From positions 1-64,000 of IMG/VR virus record IMGVR_UViG_2920693923_000001: a DNA stretch of 64,000 nucleotides, one strand, 5' to 3'. The notes beneath the pieces are model-generated. The model worked only from the letters and a program-made list of their open reading frames with translations. It was not told the DNA's origin and did not search any database. This document shows, piece by piece, positions 39,665 through 49,877 of the stretch. The position numbers were made by a program, and so were the translations under genes. Position 1 is the stretch's first letter. Every line of letters starts with the position of its first letter. Source of the stretch: a virus. Taxonomy: Duplodnaviria; Caudoviricetes.

Positions 39665-40459
39665 TTAGGCTTCCTCTGGCTCATCAATGAAGTAGATTTC
39701 TACCATCATCTGCTCAGTTGTACATGTATCAGTAAGGATTGAACCCTTATAATCCATAGTCTGTGAGTCGCCACCCTCAAGTGCAATTGTTACCTCTGGA
39801 CTTGGAATGAATGAAGCGATGTGGATAACAACGGCTCTAAAGCTTTCCTTATCACATGGATCAACTGCAAGTGCCTTAACAAACAATTCGTGAGCTTTAG
39901 GGAACTTGTTACCAGTAATAGATACTTTTGCACCACTCTTAACCTTTTTCTTGTATTTGATGAAGAACTCTGTTTCATCATCTGCCTTTGGTGGAGTAAG
40001 TACATGTGTTGCAATACCAAACTCAGTCTTTGTAGCGGTTTCAGGGGTAGCAGCAAGCTTATATTCCTTACCAAGAGCACCATTTGCAAGACCAGATACA
40101 ACTGCTGAACCATCAACATAATCTTCTGAAAGATCAAGTGTTTCGCCAGCTTTAAGAGTTGTAAGAATCGGCATCTCAATAGCATTATCACTTGTTGCGA
40201 TTTCTGCATCTGTTGCAGCAATAGTTGAAACGACAGCAAGGTTAAGAAATGCGTTTGTTGCAGTAACATCGCCCTTCTTACCTGTATACTTTCTATATAC
40301 AAGATTACCTCTTGCGTCATTAACGTCTGTTGAATCAGCAGTAATGTCAATATTAAAATTATTAAGCTGAGTAAGAGCATACAGTGGGACACCAGCTTTA
40401 GTAGCACCATAACCAAACTGCGCTCTATCAATAATTACGTCACCAATCTTAAATGCCAT
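39665..40459 (-). CDS. Major tail (tube) protein
   Basis: 264 aa with a strong RBS, beta-rich, positioned after the neck genes and followed by a hairpin. Confidence 0.65.
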   Translation of the reverse strand: MAFKIGDVIIDRAQFGYGATKAGVPLYALTQLNNFNIDITADSTDVNDARGNLVYRKYTGKKGDVTATNAFLNLAVVSTIAATDAEIATSDNAIEMPILTTLKAGETLDLSEDYVDGSAVVSGLANGALGKEYKLAATPETATKTEFGIATHVLTPPKADDETEFFIKYKKKVKSGAKVSITGNKFPKAHELFVKALAVDPCDKESFRAVVIHIASFIPSPEVTIALEGGDSQTMDYKGSILTDTCTTEQMMVEIYFIDEPEEA

Positions 40460-40529
40460 AATTTTATTTCCTCCTTAAATTATTAAAAATTTGTATAAAA
40501 AAGAACATCCAAATAGATGTTCAAATTAA

Positions 40530-41363
40530 CTATATTTCTCTCATAAAATTAAATTGTTCTTTATCAATTTTACTTGTGTCACAGAACCCAGAATAACTTC
40601 CACCCATCAATGCATGGGTTTGCTCATATATTTGAAGTCTTTGAACTGCATCGTAAAATTGATATATTTTTACTTGTTTTAATTCTTCAAGCTTGTATTT
40701 AAATCCAGGGTGATTTGTCAATGCTGAAATAATAGGTAAAAGATTAGACTCAGAATTATCATCTGGTTTTTTCATAGATAAGTTCATTTGATCTTCTTGT
40801 CTCATCCAATCTCTAGTAGTTCTTCCTTTTGCCTTTTCAACTTTAGGATGAATATTCATAATGGTTCTGATATACTCAGCAATTTCCATATATTCATTTT
40901 CTGACAATAGAATATTAGACTCTGGATTATATAACCCAAATTGTTCTTCTGAATTTTCATCAGTATAAGGAACAATTTTATAGTCTAGGAAATTTACATC
41001 ATGAAATATCAAATGAAGTGGAGAATAATCTTGTTCTGGAATTTGAGATAATAGATTATATACCTCTATATCTTTTACCTTGCACCAATTTTCTACACCG
41101 AGATTAAATAGCATAAGACGAATCGAAGTGGAATTATTAATAAATGGGGAGATAGCAGTGTAAAATTTTGCTTCACCAATATCTAAAATATCACCTATAG
41201 TTGGTTGGGATATTTTAATTCCGTGAACATAATAATCTTCACCAAAGAAAAGTTTTAATTTATCAAAATGATATTTATCATTAGATGATTTTTGTTTCTT
41301 TTGGTTGTCTTCAATAGTAGCGGTTTGAATTGCATCCAATGCACCAGACGATATATTAGCCAT
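40530..41363 (-). CDS. Hypothetical virion morphogenesis protein
   Basis: 277-aa ORF in the head-tail module. Confidence 0.5.
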   Translation of the reverse strand: MANISSGALDAIQTATIEDNQKKQKSSNDKYHFDKLKLFFGEDYYVHGIKISQPTIGDILDIGEAKFYTAISPFINNSTSIRLMLFNLGVENWCKVKDIEVYNLLSQIPEQDYSPLHLIFHDVNFLDYKIVPYTDENSEEQFGLYNPESNILLSENEYMEIAEYIRTIMNIHPKVEKAKGRTTRDWMRQEDQMNLSMKKPDDNSESNLLPIISALTNHPGFKYKLEELKQVKIYQFYDAVQRLQIYEQTHALMGGSYSGFCDTSKIDKEQFNFMREI

Positions 41364-41367
41364 AATA

Positions 41368-42018
41368 TCACCGCCTTAACTGATAATTACTCAAACTTGT
41401 TTTCCCATTGGTTGTATTTACGATTCCATTAGTGTCAATAACTTGGAATACAAGAGTGCGAACAAGATAATTATTATCTGTAGTAGATTCCTTTGATGAT
41501 ACAAGATGTGTCTGCATCCCAAATATATTTGACCAATTAAATCGCTCTCTTATAATAGAGGCAATAAGATCATGTCTTGGAATCCTTGTTAATTTATCCA
41601 TTCTATCGTTTCCATGAACAAATATTGTAAATGTGATAGTTGTATATTTTAATGTGTCTTGATATCTCGGTGTTTCATCAAAAGACACTTGATAACAAAT
41701 ATAATGTTTTACCTCTGTTTGAGTATCTGGAATAAATAAAAAAGGACGGATATTTGAATTACTTCCAAAATATCTATCCCATTCTCCAAGAGGTTCATAT
41801 TCCTTGGTATCTTCATCCCATTCCCAGTTAATATTACCATCTTCATCGAAAAGTTCAGATTCTAATGATTTCTCGTTAAGTGCATATAAAAGACATGGAT
41901 TAAGCATAAGTGCTTTCTCAATCTTTTTCTTATACTGAATATTTTCATCATCAGGAGTTGTCTTATACGCACGAAGTTTGTTTAACAAATCATTCTTTGT
42001 AACCAATTTTTCTGCCAT
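41368..42018 (-). CDS. Probable tail completion/terminator protein
   Basis: 'RPFLFIPDTQTEVKHYICY...RHDLIASII' and its position between neck and tail tube genes. Confidence 0.45.
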   Translation of the reverse strand: MAEKLVTKNDLLNKLRAYKTTPDDENIQYKKKIEKALMLNPCLLYALNEKSLESELFDEDGNINWEWDEDTKEYEPLGEWDRYFGSNSNIRPFLFIPDTQTEVKHYICYQVSFDETPRYQDTLKYTTITFTIFVHGNDRMDKLTRIPRHDLIASIIRERFNWSNIFGMQTHLVSSKESTTDNNYLVRTLVFQVIDTNGIVNTTNGKTSLSNYQLRR

Positions 42019-42028
42019 ACAATACCTC

Positions 42029-43279
42029 CTATTCAGTTAATTCTAACGGCAAAATTTCAGATTCAATCGGCAAATTATCCTTAACAATTTCACACTTAAC
42101 AGACAGTATTTTGCCGATAACAGAAGTGTCATTTGAAAATTTTACTTTCTTTTGGTTGTACTCTGTACCAACTCTCCATGTTACTTTGTCAGTCCAATCT
42201 TCATTATCAATAGAGCAAGCCCATGTAAAGGTTGCATCAGCATATTCAGTTGTAATATCTTCATTGGAATCATTAAATAGATTTACCATAAGATTTTTAT
42301 AAGAGCCACCAACTTTGATTGTAGAAGTGGATGCTGAAATTCTTGCTGTAATAGAAGATGGGGGAGTAGTTGGAGTAGATGGATTTGTTGGAGCGATTTC
42401 TGAATCGAAATATGAAGCCCACATACCAATAATATTACCATCAGAATCTTTCTCGATATAATCTCGATGTTGGTCAAAGAAATCTTGATATAGAGTTAAT
42501 TTCTGAACCCCAAGTGGTTGAGCATTTTCGACCTTACTGATCTGCCATGCTATTGCATTGTCAGTAAAAGAACTAACAAGTACACGCATATTCTTGGACG
42601 ACTCGTTTGTATACCAAATCTTCTCAGTAATTGGATTTAATGGTAGCCATACTTTATCTTGATTTTCTTGCGAAGTAAATCGTAAATCAGTCCAAAGTCC
42701 GCTGTTATAGCTGCTTTGTATTTTTAAAACAGACCACATTCTACGTTTGATTTTTTCTGTTCCATTATTTTCAATCCACATCAATTCATAATTACATTTA
42801 AGAATTAGATACTTTGGAAATTGATTTGCTGGTTCGGTACGAAGAATCATCCATTTCTCATATATGTTTTCATCATTTGGAATATCAATGAATAAGCCGA
42901 TAAAATTATCATTATGATATTTTTTACGATAATCAGTTTCAAAATAGTAGAGTTCGTCACCTTCAGAAAAATGTGTTTTCTGTGTTGGTTTAAACTGGAT
43001 GTAATATTCCACTTGGTCTTTATCCATAGACTGATATGACTTAACAATAAACTTTGCATCTATGCGTGTTTTAGTTGTATTCTCATATGTCATACCTTCA
43101 GCTAATCGTGGCTGATCGTCATGGTAGAAATCATAAATATAACAGATTTTACTCTGGATATCATTATCCCAAGTCTGTTCCATCGCCCAATCAGACTGTT
43201 CTTTATAAATCTGACCTAAAGTTTTCGCATTATTTGTTTTGGCGTTAGCGATTCGCCGTGCTGTCTGTAAGCTTGGCAT
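42029..43279 (-). CDS. Head closure/neck protein with C-terminal Ig-like domain
   Basis: Probable start MPSLQ at 43279; C-terminal 'TIKVGGSYK...FTWACSID' Ig-like segment; function inferred from position. Confidence 0.5.
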   Translation of the reverse strand: MPSLQTARRIANAKTNNAKTLGQIYKEQSDWAMEQTWDNDIQSKICYIYDFYHDDQPRLAEGMTYENTTKTRIDAKFIVKSYQSMDKDQVEYYIQFKPTQKTHFSEGDELYYFETDYRKKYHNDNFIGLFIDIPNDENIYEKWMILRTEPANQFPKYLILKCNYELMWIENNGTEKIKRRMWSVLKIQSSYNSGLWTDLRFTSQENQDKVWLPLNPITEKIWYTNESSKNMRVLVSSFTDNAIAWQISKVENAQPLGVQKLTLYQDFFDQHRDYIEKDSDGNIIGMWASYFDSEIAPTNPSTPTTPPSSITARISASTSTIKVGGSYKNLMVNLFNDSNEDITTEYADATFTWACSIDNEDWTDKVTWRVGTEYNQKKVKFSNDTSVIGKILSVKCEIVKDNLPIESEILPLELTE

Positions 43280-43622
43280 CACCAACACCTCCCTCAAACA
43301 TCTGCTTAATATATCCGTGAGAATCTAAGATTGCTCTACGAAATTTTTTGTAACTGAAATGGTCGCTCTTGAAATTATCCATAGCACCTTGTAAGGTTGC
43401 CATAAGAGTTACCATAAGTCCATTATCATTAAATAAGGTCTTTATACCGCCTAATTTAAACATAACATTCTCAAAGAAGACGAGAAATGCTTCGTCATCT
43501 TCAAATATTTTCTCTTCAATTGTTTTGTCTTTATAGAGCAGTAGTTTGTGAATATCACCATGCATTGCACGAACTGCTTCATTGATTTGCTTGTCTGTAA
43601 AGTCACCATATATGTATTGCAT
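43245..43622 (-). CDS. Hypothetical protein
   Basis: Probable start MQYIY at 43622. Confidence 0.55.
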   Translation of the reverse strand: MQYIYGDFTDKQINEAVRAMHGDIHKLLLYKDKTIEEKIFEDDEAFLVFFENVMFKLGGIKTLFNDNGLMVTLMATLQGAMDNFKSDHFSYKKFRRAILDSHGYIKQMFEGGVGDAKLTDSTANR

Positions 43623-43623
43623 A

Positions 43624-44079
43624 TTAGGACTCCGTGTTAATATAGGAATTGTACATATATCCGTAATCACGAATACGTTTATTCAATTCAGTTTTCATGG
43701 AATCCAGACGATCAATCATATTTTTATGATTGTCAAGTAACTTCTTTTCTTCCTTGCCACCTATCATTACTGATGTGTGCATAATAGAATCAACCTGTGG
43801 CTGTAACCACTCAATCGTCATTCCAAGTACAAGAATTCCTATAACAAAATTCATATCAGCCGTTTCATCTACTGAATTATTCAGCGTAAAATCCAACTGT
43901 TGAATTTCATCATCTAGTGTGAGAGAAGAGAATAATCTACGCACTCTTGGATTAGCAATTACATTGTTTAATCGCTCTGTATAAATTTCAAGCAAATCAT
44001 TTTCATCAAGAGAGAGTTCTTTCGGATCTGAAATTCGTCCTCTTGTTTGTGAAAAAATTGTTTCATATGGAAGCGTCAT
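43624..44079 (-). CDS. Probable head-tail adaptor
   Basis: 151-aa helical protein two genes after the capsid gene. Confidence 0.45.
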   Translation of the reverse strand: MTLPYETIFSQTRGRISDPKELSLDENDLLEIYTERLNNVIANPRVRRLFSSLTLDDEIQQLDFTLNNSVDETADMNFVIGILVLGMTIEWLQPQVDSIMHTSVMIGGKEEKKLLDNHKNMIDRLDSMKTELNKRIRDYGYMYNSYINTES

Positions 44080-44094
44080 TGTGAGCCTCCTTTA

Positions 44095-44637
44095 CTATTC
44101 CTGAACTAATGTAAGTAACATTTTTGTACCAAAAATTTCATCAAGAGCCTTAATTCTGTGAACTGAATCAAGTGCATGAGATTCAATCATTGTAGAAGCA
44201 ATACCTTTAATGGCTTCCTTTGCTCCCTTTGGAAGCTTTTTAATTGTTTCTGACATCTGCGGAACAGGAAGATTTAAAATCTCATTTAAGTCACTTGTTT
44301 CATACATGGACTCATATAAATCTTTTACAGACTTATTCTGTTCAACAAAATCTTCATCCTCAATAATAATTCTTGGTGAATAAATGTTTACATCTTCACG
44401 AGTTCTAACGAGATAAATTAAATCTCTATATTCAACATCAACTACATCTCCACAGTCAGCCCAACTATAAAGAATATGTGAACGTGCTCCCTCAATATAA
44501 AGCCCACCACTTACTAATGAGCGACATGGAACAGTATCTTCAGGTGAAAATGTTTTTACATCTTCTTTAACCTCTGTAGTTTTTGTTACCTTTTCTGTAC
44601 TACCAGTAGTAGCAGTAGTTTTCTTTGTATATGCCAT
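44095..44637 (-). CDS. Hypothetical virion-associated protein
   Basis: 180-aa ORF directly after the capsid gene. Confidence 0.5.
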   Translation of the reverse strand: MAYTKKTTATTGSTEKVTKTTEVKEDVKTFSPEDTVPCRSLVSGGLYIEGARSHILYSWADCGDVVDVEYRDLIYLVRTREDVNIYSPRIIIEDEDFVEQNKSVKDLYESMYETSDLNEILNLPVPQMSETIKKLPKGAKEAIKGIASTMIESHALDSVHRIKALDEIFGTKMLLTLVQE

Positions 44638-44707
44638 TTCCTTTTAATTCCTTTCAAAATAGGAGAGTGGCAATCCACTCTCCGTATAATCAATCTATAA
44701 GTAAATC

Positions 44708-45766
44708 TTACAGATCCCACTCACCATGATAACGAGTCATAAGAGTTGCAACACCCATACGTCTCTGTACTTCATAAGACTGCATATCATCCTTAGTAGC
44801 ACCCTTTTCGTTTACTTCAAGTTCAGTCTCTCCATAGTCAACAAACTTGATAAATCTATCATCAACTGCTGGCATGATATAAAGCTTCTTGTTATCAACG
44901 ATAGGAGTAGCAAGAGACTTATCAGTAAACTTCTGTGGAATTTCCATAAGAGGTGTTCCTTCGTAGCTACCGATAATACCTGTGTTTGCTACAGACTCCT
45001 TGATTGAATTAGCAGGATCAGCCCAATCAACCTTTGTAAGAGCATTAAGAGACTTTAATGCTGTCTTAGTCCCCATGATTACAACACCGCTTTCGTTGGC
45101 AGCACCAACCTTTTCGATAATTGCATCAAACTGAGCCTTTGTAGAAGCAGCTAAAGCACCAGTACCCTTGAGAGTAGCAGGAACAGGAATAAGGTTTACA
45201 CCATTTGCAAACTGAGAAGAAATGAGTGTCTGAACCTTCTGGATATAAGCCTTAACAACCGCATCCACGAAAGCACCCCAATCCTTACGACCAGTTAAAA
45301 AGAGACGAATATCTCCACCAACCTTGATACCATATACTGCTGTATCAACATGATAAGACTGACCAGAACCTAAACGCTGAATGGATAAGTCATGTGCGTC
45401 ACCGCTGACCTTGCTTACAGTAAGTAATACTTCATCATCAGCCCAGAATTCATTTACGTCTCCATCTTTCATATTCTTTGACTCAACATAATTGTTGAAA
45501 AACTCATTCTCAGAAAGACCATGAGCAATCTGAGTATCAATAATTTCCTCAATTACCTCGAAGAACTGTGTTCCTCTCTCAGAATTTAATGCTCTCTTAA
45601 TCTGCTTATTAGAAGAATCCTTAGTAAGTCCAAGGTATTCAAAACAAGCCTTTCTAATTGTGTCACTAGCTTCTGCCTTAGAAATTACACGATTAGAATC
45701 GGCATCATAAATTTCACGACCTGCACCGAGGTCAAACATAAGATTTTTTACACTTGTATCTAACAT
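44708..45766 (-). CDS. Major capsid protein
   Basis: 352 aa with a strong RBS, after portal, protease and decoration genes; 'VIMGTKTAL...IIGSYEGTPLMEIP' resembles HK97-fold C-terminal regions. Confidence 0.75.
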   Translation of the reverse strand: MLDTSVKNLMFDLGAGREIYDADSNRVISKAEASDTIRKACFEYLGLTKDSSNKQIKRALNSERGTQFFEVIEEIIDTQIAHGLSENEFFNNYVESKNMKDGDVNEFWADDEVLLTVSKVSGDAHDLSIQRLGSGQSYHVDTAVYGIKVGGDIRLFLTGRKDWGAFVDAVVKAYIQKVQTLISSQFANGVNLIPVPATLKGTGALAASTKAQFDAIIEKVGAANESGVVIMGTKTALKSLNALTKVDWADPANSIKESVANTGIIGSYEGTPLMEIPQKFTDKSLATPIVDNKKLYIMPAVDDRFIKFVDYGETELEVNEKGATKDDMQSYEVQRRMGVATLMTRYHGEWDL

Positions 45767-45791
45767 TTATTTATTTCTCCTTTCTCAAAAA

Positions 45792-46286
45792 TTAGGCTTT
45801 CTTTGTAAGCTGCATAGCGGCAGTTACGCCAGAAATGGCTTTGAGTTCAACACCGTCTTTAACAGCGATGTCACCAGAAAATCCATCTGCTGAAATCTCA
45901 ACTACATCACCAACTGCCAGTTCATAAGCTCTAACTACCTGAGTAGGAGCATTTGTATAGTTGCTTTCTTTCTTAAATGTGTTGCTATATGTCTCCTCGA
46001 TCATTGGCACCTGGTATACAAACAGGGCATCTCCAGGAGTTACTACTTCTACATAGAAATTTCCATTATTTGCCTTACCAACGACCTTTCCTTCAAATGA
46101 AGTAGGAGCAACAGCTTTATAAAGGTCTAACTCAATAAAATCGCCCTTACCAACGAACCATCCATTGTCTACATAAGCACTTGCTGCTTCTGCTAACTGA
46201 ATGTTATAAATATGCTTTCCACCATCTCTTGCGAGAACTTTAGAAGGGAAAGCCACTGCATGTTTTGCAATAGTCATCTGAATCAT
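45792..46286 (-). CDS. Capsid decoration/cement-like protein
   Basis: 164-aa beta-rich protein directly upstream of the capsid gene. Confidence 0.5.
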   Translation of the reverse strand: MIQMTIAKHAVAFPSKVLARDGGKHIYNIQLAEAASAYVDNGWFVGKGDFIELDLYKAVAPTSFEGKVVGKANNGNFYVEVVTPGDALFVYQVPMIEETYSNTFKKESNYTNAPTQVVRAYELAVGDVVEISADGFSGDIAVKDGVELKAISGVTAAMQLTKKA

Positions 46287-46364
46287 TTATTTTTCCTCCT
46301 TAAATTTTTGCATTAAAAAAGACACTCAATTTGAGTGCCATTACATTGATTTATATTTCTTGTT

Positions 46365-48032
46365 TTATTTGCTAAAAAGATTTCCGTAACGGTTATCCTT
46401 CTTAGACTTGTTTACATTAGCAAATACTTTTACGGTTGACTTTTTCTGAGTTTTATCAGTGGTAGCTGCAAAAGTTTTCATATTAGAATCCGCATAGATA
46501 AGTTTTGCTTCCTTCTCTAAATCTTCGAGAGAGTAGTTATCCATATTTGTATACAGTTTCTCAAAATCCTTATTAATGAATTTTCCTTCTTCATCTTTTT
46601 CAGAAATAGAAGCAAAGTTTTCATTTGCAAGAATTTCCTCACGTTTTGCATGAAGTTCATTCTTTTCTGCTGTCTCCTTAAACTCTTTGAGTGCAGCGTA
46701 GTTTGAACGCATAGACTGTAACTCTGCAAATTCACTATCTGTTAAAAGTTCACGATGTAAATTGTATCTTTCTCCATCAAAAGCTACATTATCACCGTCT
46801 TTTGTATAATTCTGACCGAAGATTTTATCACCATTCCAGTTCTCATATGTAAAATGATCATCGTAAACAGCGTTGATAAAGTACCACTCATTATCAGCGT
46901 CTTCATATTCAGATAAAAGCTGGTAAAGTGCATATCTTGTATCTTCATGACTGATTTCATATGTACGAACAATCTTTTCAAAAGTCTGACTTCCTCCTTC
47001 ATCACCATCTGGATCAGAAGTTCCTTCGCCATCACCTTCTCCATCATTGGAAGGTTCACCAGATTCTCCGTTATCTGAAATGTCTCCTTCTGAATTGTCA
47101 TCATCGAACATCTCAGCAAATTTTGCTTCAAGTTCCTCATCTGACATTTCTGTATAGTCGAATGTTACATCTTCAGCAGTCTTGCCATATTTGGCAAGTA
47201 ACTCTTCAAATTTTGTCATTTTGTTATTTGTTCCTCCTTCCTTTGATTTTTGATTTATATCAAAACTCTCAAGAATATTAGTTAATTTCTCTAAAGTTTC
47301 AACCAATTTATTGTCTGTATTAAATGTTACTGTTTCCGCATTTACAGCGAAATCTTCAATTTTAAAATTACTTCCTGCCATACCAGGGGATACATCCTTT
47401 GACAGAAGAGTAAGACCTGATACATAAAAATCATCTAACTGCAATGTTTTATTAGCAGTATTAAATGATAACTCCCTAATACATAATTCCACCGAACAAT
47501 CTACAGTTCCACGTCTATTAAGAATCTCAATAGCGTCCTGACAATACTCATCGTATAAATAACCATGCAAAACTGCACGATTTACGCCAGCGTCTTCATC
47601 ATATTCAATAGTAGTCTTTGTGCCATCAATAACGCCGATAGGCTGTTCTTCGTATACAACTTTGTCGTTACCATCTTTGTCAGTAGTTACATAATAATCA
47701 TGGCTACCGAAATCTAATTCATTATCTGAGTTGGTAGTGATATGTGCTAAAATTGGGCGAAAGTTTGCCGATGGGACATTTTCATTAAAAGATTCTTCGG
47801 AGATTTCCGACTTATTGAGATTGACATGATCGTGAAATGCACGACTAACGAATGGAGTAAGAGATTCTTTATGTTTATCTTCATCCTTGGAAGTTTTTTC
47901 AAAATTACCATTCATACGAACCATAAGTTCTTTACCGAATTCATTACTATTAAAATGAGCAAAATTGTTCTTTAAACAGAACTCATATAACTCATCAATA
48001 GACATAATTCGTCTTTTCTTCTTTTTTGGCAT
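46365..48032 (-). CDS. Prohead protease-scaffold protein
   Basis: Protease-like N-terminal half ('HDHVNLNKS...RPILAH...CSVEL...SPGM') and acidic helical C-terminal half; lies between portal and capsid. Confidence 0.7.
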   Translation of the reverse strand: MPKKKKRRIMSIDELYEFCLKNNFAHFNSNEFGKELMVRMNGNFEKTSKDEDKHKESLTPFVSRAFHDHVNLNKSEISEESFNENVPSANFRPILAHITTNSDNELDFGSHDYYVTTDKDGNDKVVYEEQPIGVIDGTKTTIEYDEDAGVNRAVLHGYLYDEYCQDAIEILNRRGTVDCSVELCIRELSFNTANKTLQLDDFYVSGLTLLSKDVSPGMAGSNFKIEDFAVNAETVTFNTDNKLVETLEKLTNILESFDINQKSKEGGTNNKMTKFEELLAKYGKTAEDVTFDYTEMSDEELEAKFAEMFDDDNSEGDISDNGESGEPSNDGEGDGEGTSDPDGDEGGSQTFEKIVRTYEISHEDTRYALYQLLSEYEDADNEWYFINAVYDDHFTYENWNGDKIFGQNYTKDGDNVAFDGERYNLHRELLTDSEFAELQSMRSNYAALKEFKETAEKNELHAKREEILANENFASISEKDEEGKFINKDFEKLYTNMDNYSLEDLEKEAKLIYADSNMKTFAATTDKTQKKSTVKVFANVNKSKKDNRYGNLFSK

Positions 48033-48087
48033 TATTTAACCTATTCCTCCTTTCTTTGTTGATATACCACTCAAAGCAGGAGAGTGG

Positions 48088-48267
48088 TTAGAATGTAAGC
48101 ATGTTGCTATACTGAATTTTTTTCATATCTATATCATTTGAAAACTGCATCTTATCAGTATTCAAAAATACATAAATACCATTAGAGTTTTGTACCTGTT
48201 GATATCCTTGCTGAGATAAGAGAATAGCAGTAGGAATATCTTGGGTTGTTATAAATTTCTGTTTCAT
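48088..48267 (-). CDS. Small hypothetical protein (59 aa), not in the ORF track
   Basis: MKQKFITTQD...YSNMLTF* with an AAGGAG RBS. Confidence 0.6.
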   Translation of the reverse strand: MKQKFITTQDIPTAILLSQQGYQQVQNSNGIYVFLNTDKMQFSNDIDMKKIQYSNMLTF

Positions 48268-48281
48268 AATCCATCTACTCC

Positions 48282-49859
48282 TTATTTATTGTTCTTATCT
48301 TGGTCTTTTGTCTTGAGTCCTTCATCACTTAAATCTGATTGGTCTTTTTCCTGACCACCACCTTGATTATCACCAGATTGTGTGTATGACGTGCTAAACG
48401 GTTTAAGCTTCTCACCAAGATTCAGACAATCTTCCTCTAAGAAATTCATAGCAAGAGTATCTTTTTCAGATACACCGTTTAATGTGTTGTATAAAATCTT
48501 GTTTGGAAGTCCATTTTGACAAGACTCAAGGATTGATTTCTTAAAATCATCCTTCTGATAAATAGAGATATCAAAGAATTTAACTTTACAAGGTTCAGAT
48601 ATCCAACTAGATAAAAGTCGATTTACAATCGCTTGAATCTGTGGAATAAGAGTTGAAATAGAAAATGTAGAATCTGCAAGTACGCCATATTTAAAGGCAG
48701 TAGAGTTCGATGCAGAGTTTAAATTCAATATCTGAGCACCACCAGCCGTATTAAGAATTTCCTTTGTAGCTTTTTCAACCTTTGTTACATCACCACTTGC
48801 ATCATCTGGAAAACTAATTTCGTGTAATTCACCAGGAACAATAGCAGCAGAGATATAGGGTGGTAATGCTTCTTCAAGCATACGATTGAAATATTGAATC
48901 ATTATATCCGGATTTACAGCCCAATCATCTACATCATTACCCATAGTTTTCATTTCAAGCCACACCAATTTATAAATATTGGCTGCTTGTTGAACTGCCT
49001 GATAATCAGAAGCATCCATAAGGTCAATCAATGATAAGAATATAGGAGTAAGTACAGGAACGATTGTTTCCCAATCCTCAGACCTGAATTTAATACATAC
49101 ATTGTATTCTTCAGGAATTAGCTGATATTTTTCATTTGTACTCTGATATGTATTCCACATGCTATTGAACGGCTCTCCCCAATATTCCAATAGTTCGGAA
49201 TTTCGCTTAAAATAACTCATATCCATTGCACATGCAAATGAACCATCGGGAAATACACCTGCAATTCTCATATATGATGGATCTAGCGGAAGTATAAACA
49301 TTCCTTGTCCTTCAGTATAATAAGCACATCCATAAAATGCGTCTTCTCGAAGTGTTATAGATGCAGCTTTACGAAACTCATAATTTAATCCGAGAGTATC
49401 TACAACATCAACTGTTTCCTGATACTTTTGCAATGTGGATTTTATGTCATTATTATCTGAAATTATAAATGGGGGAACTATGTTACGAATAGATAAATCA
49501 ATTTGATTTGCATAATATTTGCAAAGACGATAGTAGATTTCTGAACGATAATAAAGATAACGAGATAAACTTCTAAGATTTGCTTCACTAGAAGAAATGT
49601 TTTTAATATAATCTTTTACATCTTCCTTAGAATAATTACTGATTGTTGTATATGTCTTGGATTTTTGAATATCTCGCAGACTTGTAATAGCACTTGTTGC
49701 ATCTTCGTAGCGTTCAAGTCTACTTTTATTTTTCTCATACCATTCACGCATTTCATTTGCGGTTGGCTGTTTTGGAGTAGAAGAAGTGGTTTTCTTCTGC
49801 GAATTATTTATTTTAGCAGGTGCATTAGAATTTGCATCTACTTTCTTAGGTCTAGGCAT
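48282..49859 (-). CDS. Portal protein
   Basis: 525 aa immediately after the terminase; 'LRSLSRYLY...YYRL' N-terminus and low-complexity acidic tail. Confidence 0.75.
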   Translation of the reverse strand: MPRPKKVDANSNAPAKINNSQKKTTSSTPKQPTANEMREWYEKNKSRLERYEDATSAITSLRDIQKSKTYTTISNYSKEDVKDYIKNISSSEANLRSLSRYLYYRSEIYYRLCKYYANQIDLSIRNIVPPFIISDNNDIKSTLQKYQETVDVVDTLGLNYEFRKAASITLREDAFYGCAYYTEGQGMFILPLDPSYMRIAGVFPDGSFACAMDMSYFKRNSELLEYWGEPFNSMWNTYQSTNEKYQLIPEEYNVCIKFRSEDWETIVPVLTPIFLSLIDLMDASDYQAVQQAANIYKLVWLEMKTMGNDVDDWAVNPDIMIQYFNRMLEEALPPYISAAIVPGELHEISFPDDASGDVTKVEKATKEILNTAGGAQILNLNSASNSTAFKYGVLADSTFSISTLIPQIQAIVNRLLSSWISEPCKVKFFDISIYQKDDFKKSILESCQNGLPNKILYNTLNGVSEKDTLAMNFLEEDCLNLGEKLKPFSTSYTQSGDNQGGGQEKDQSDLSDEGLKTKDQDKNNK

Positions 49860-49877
49860 ATTTAATAATGCACCTCC

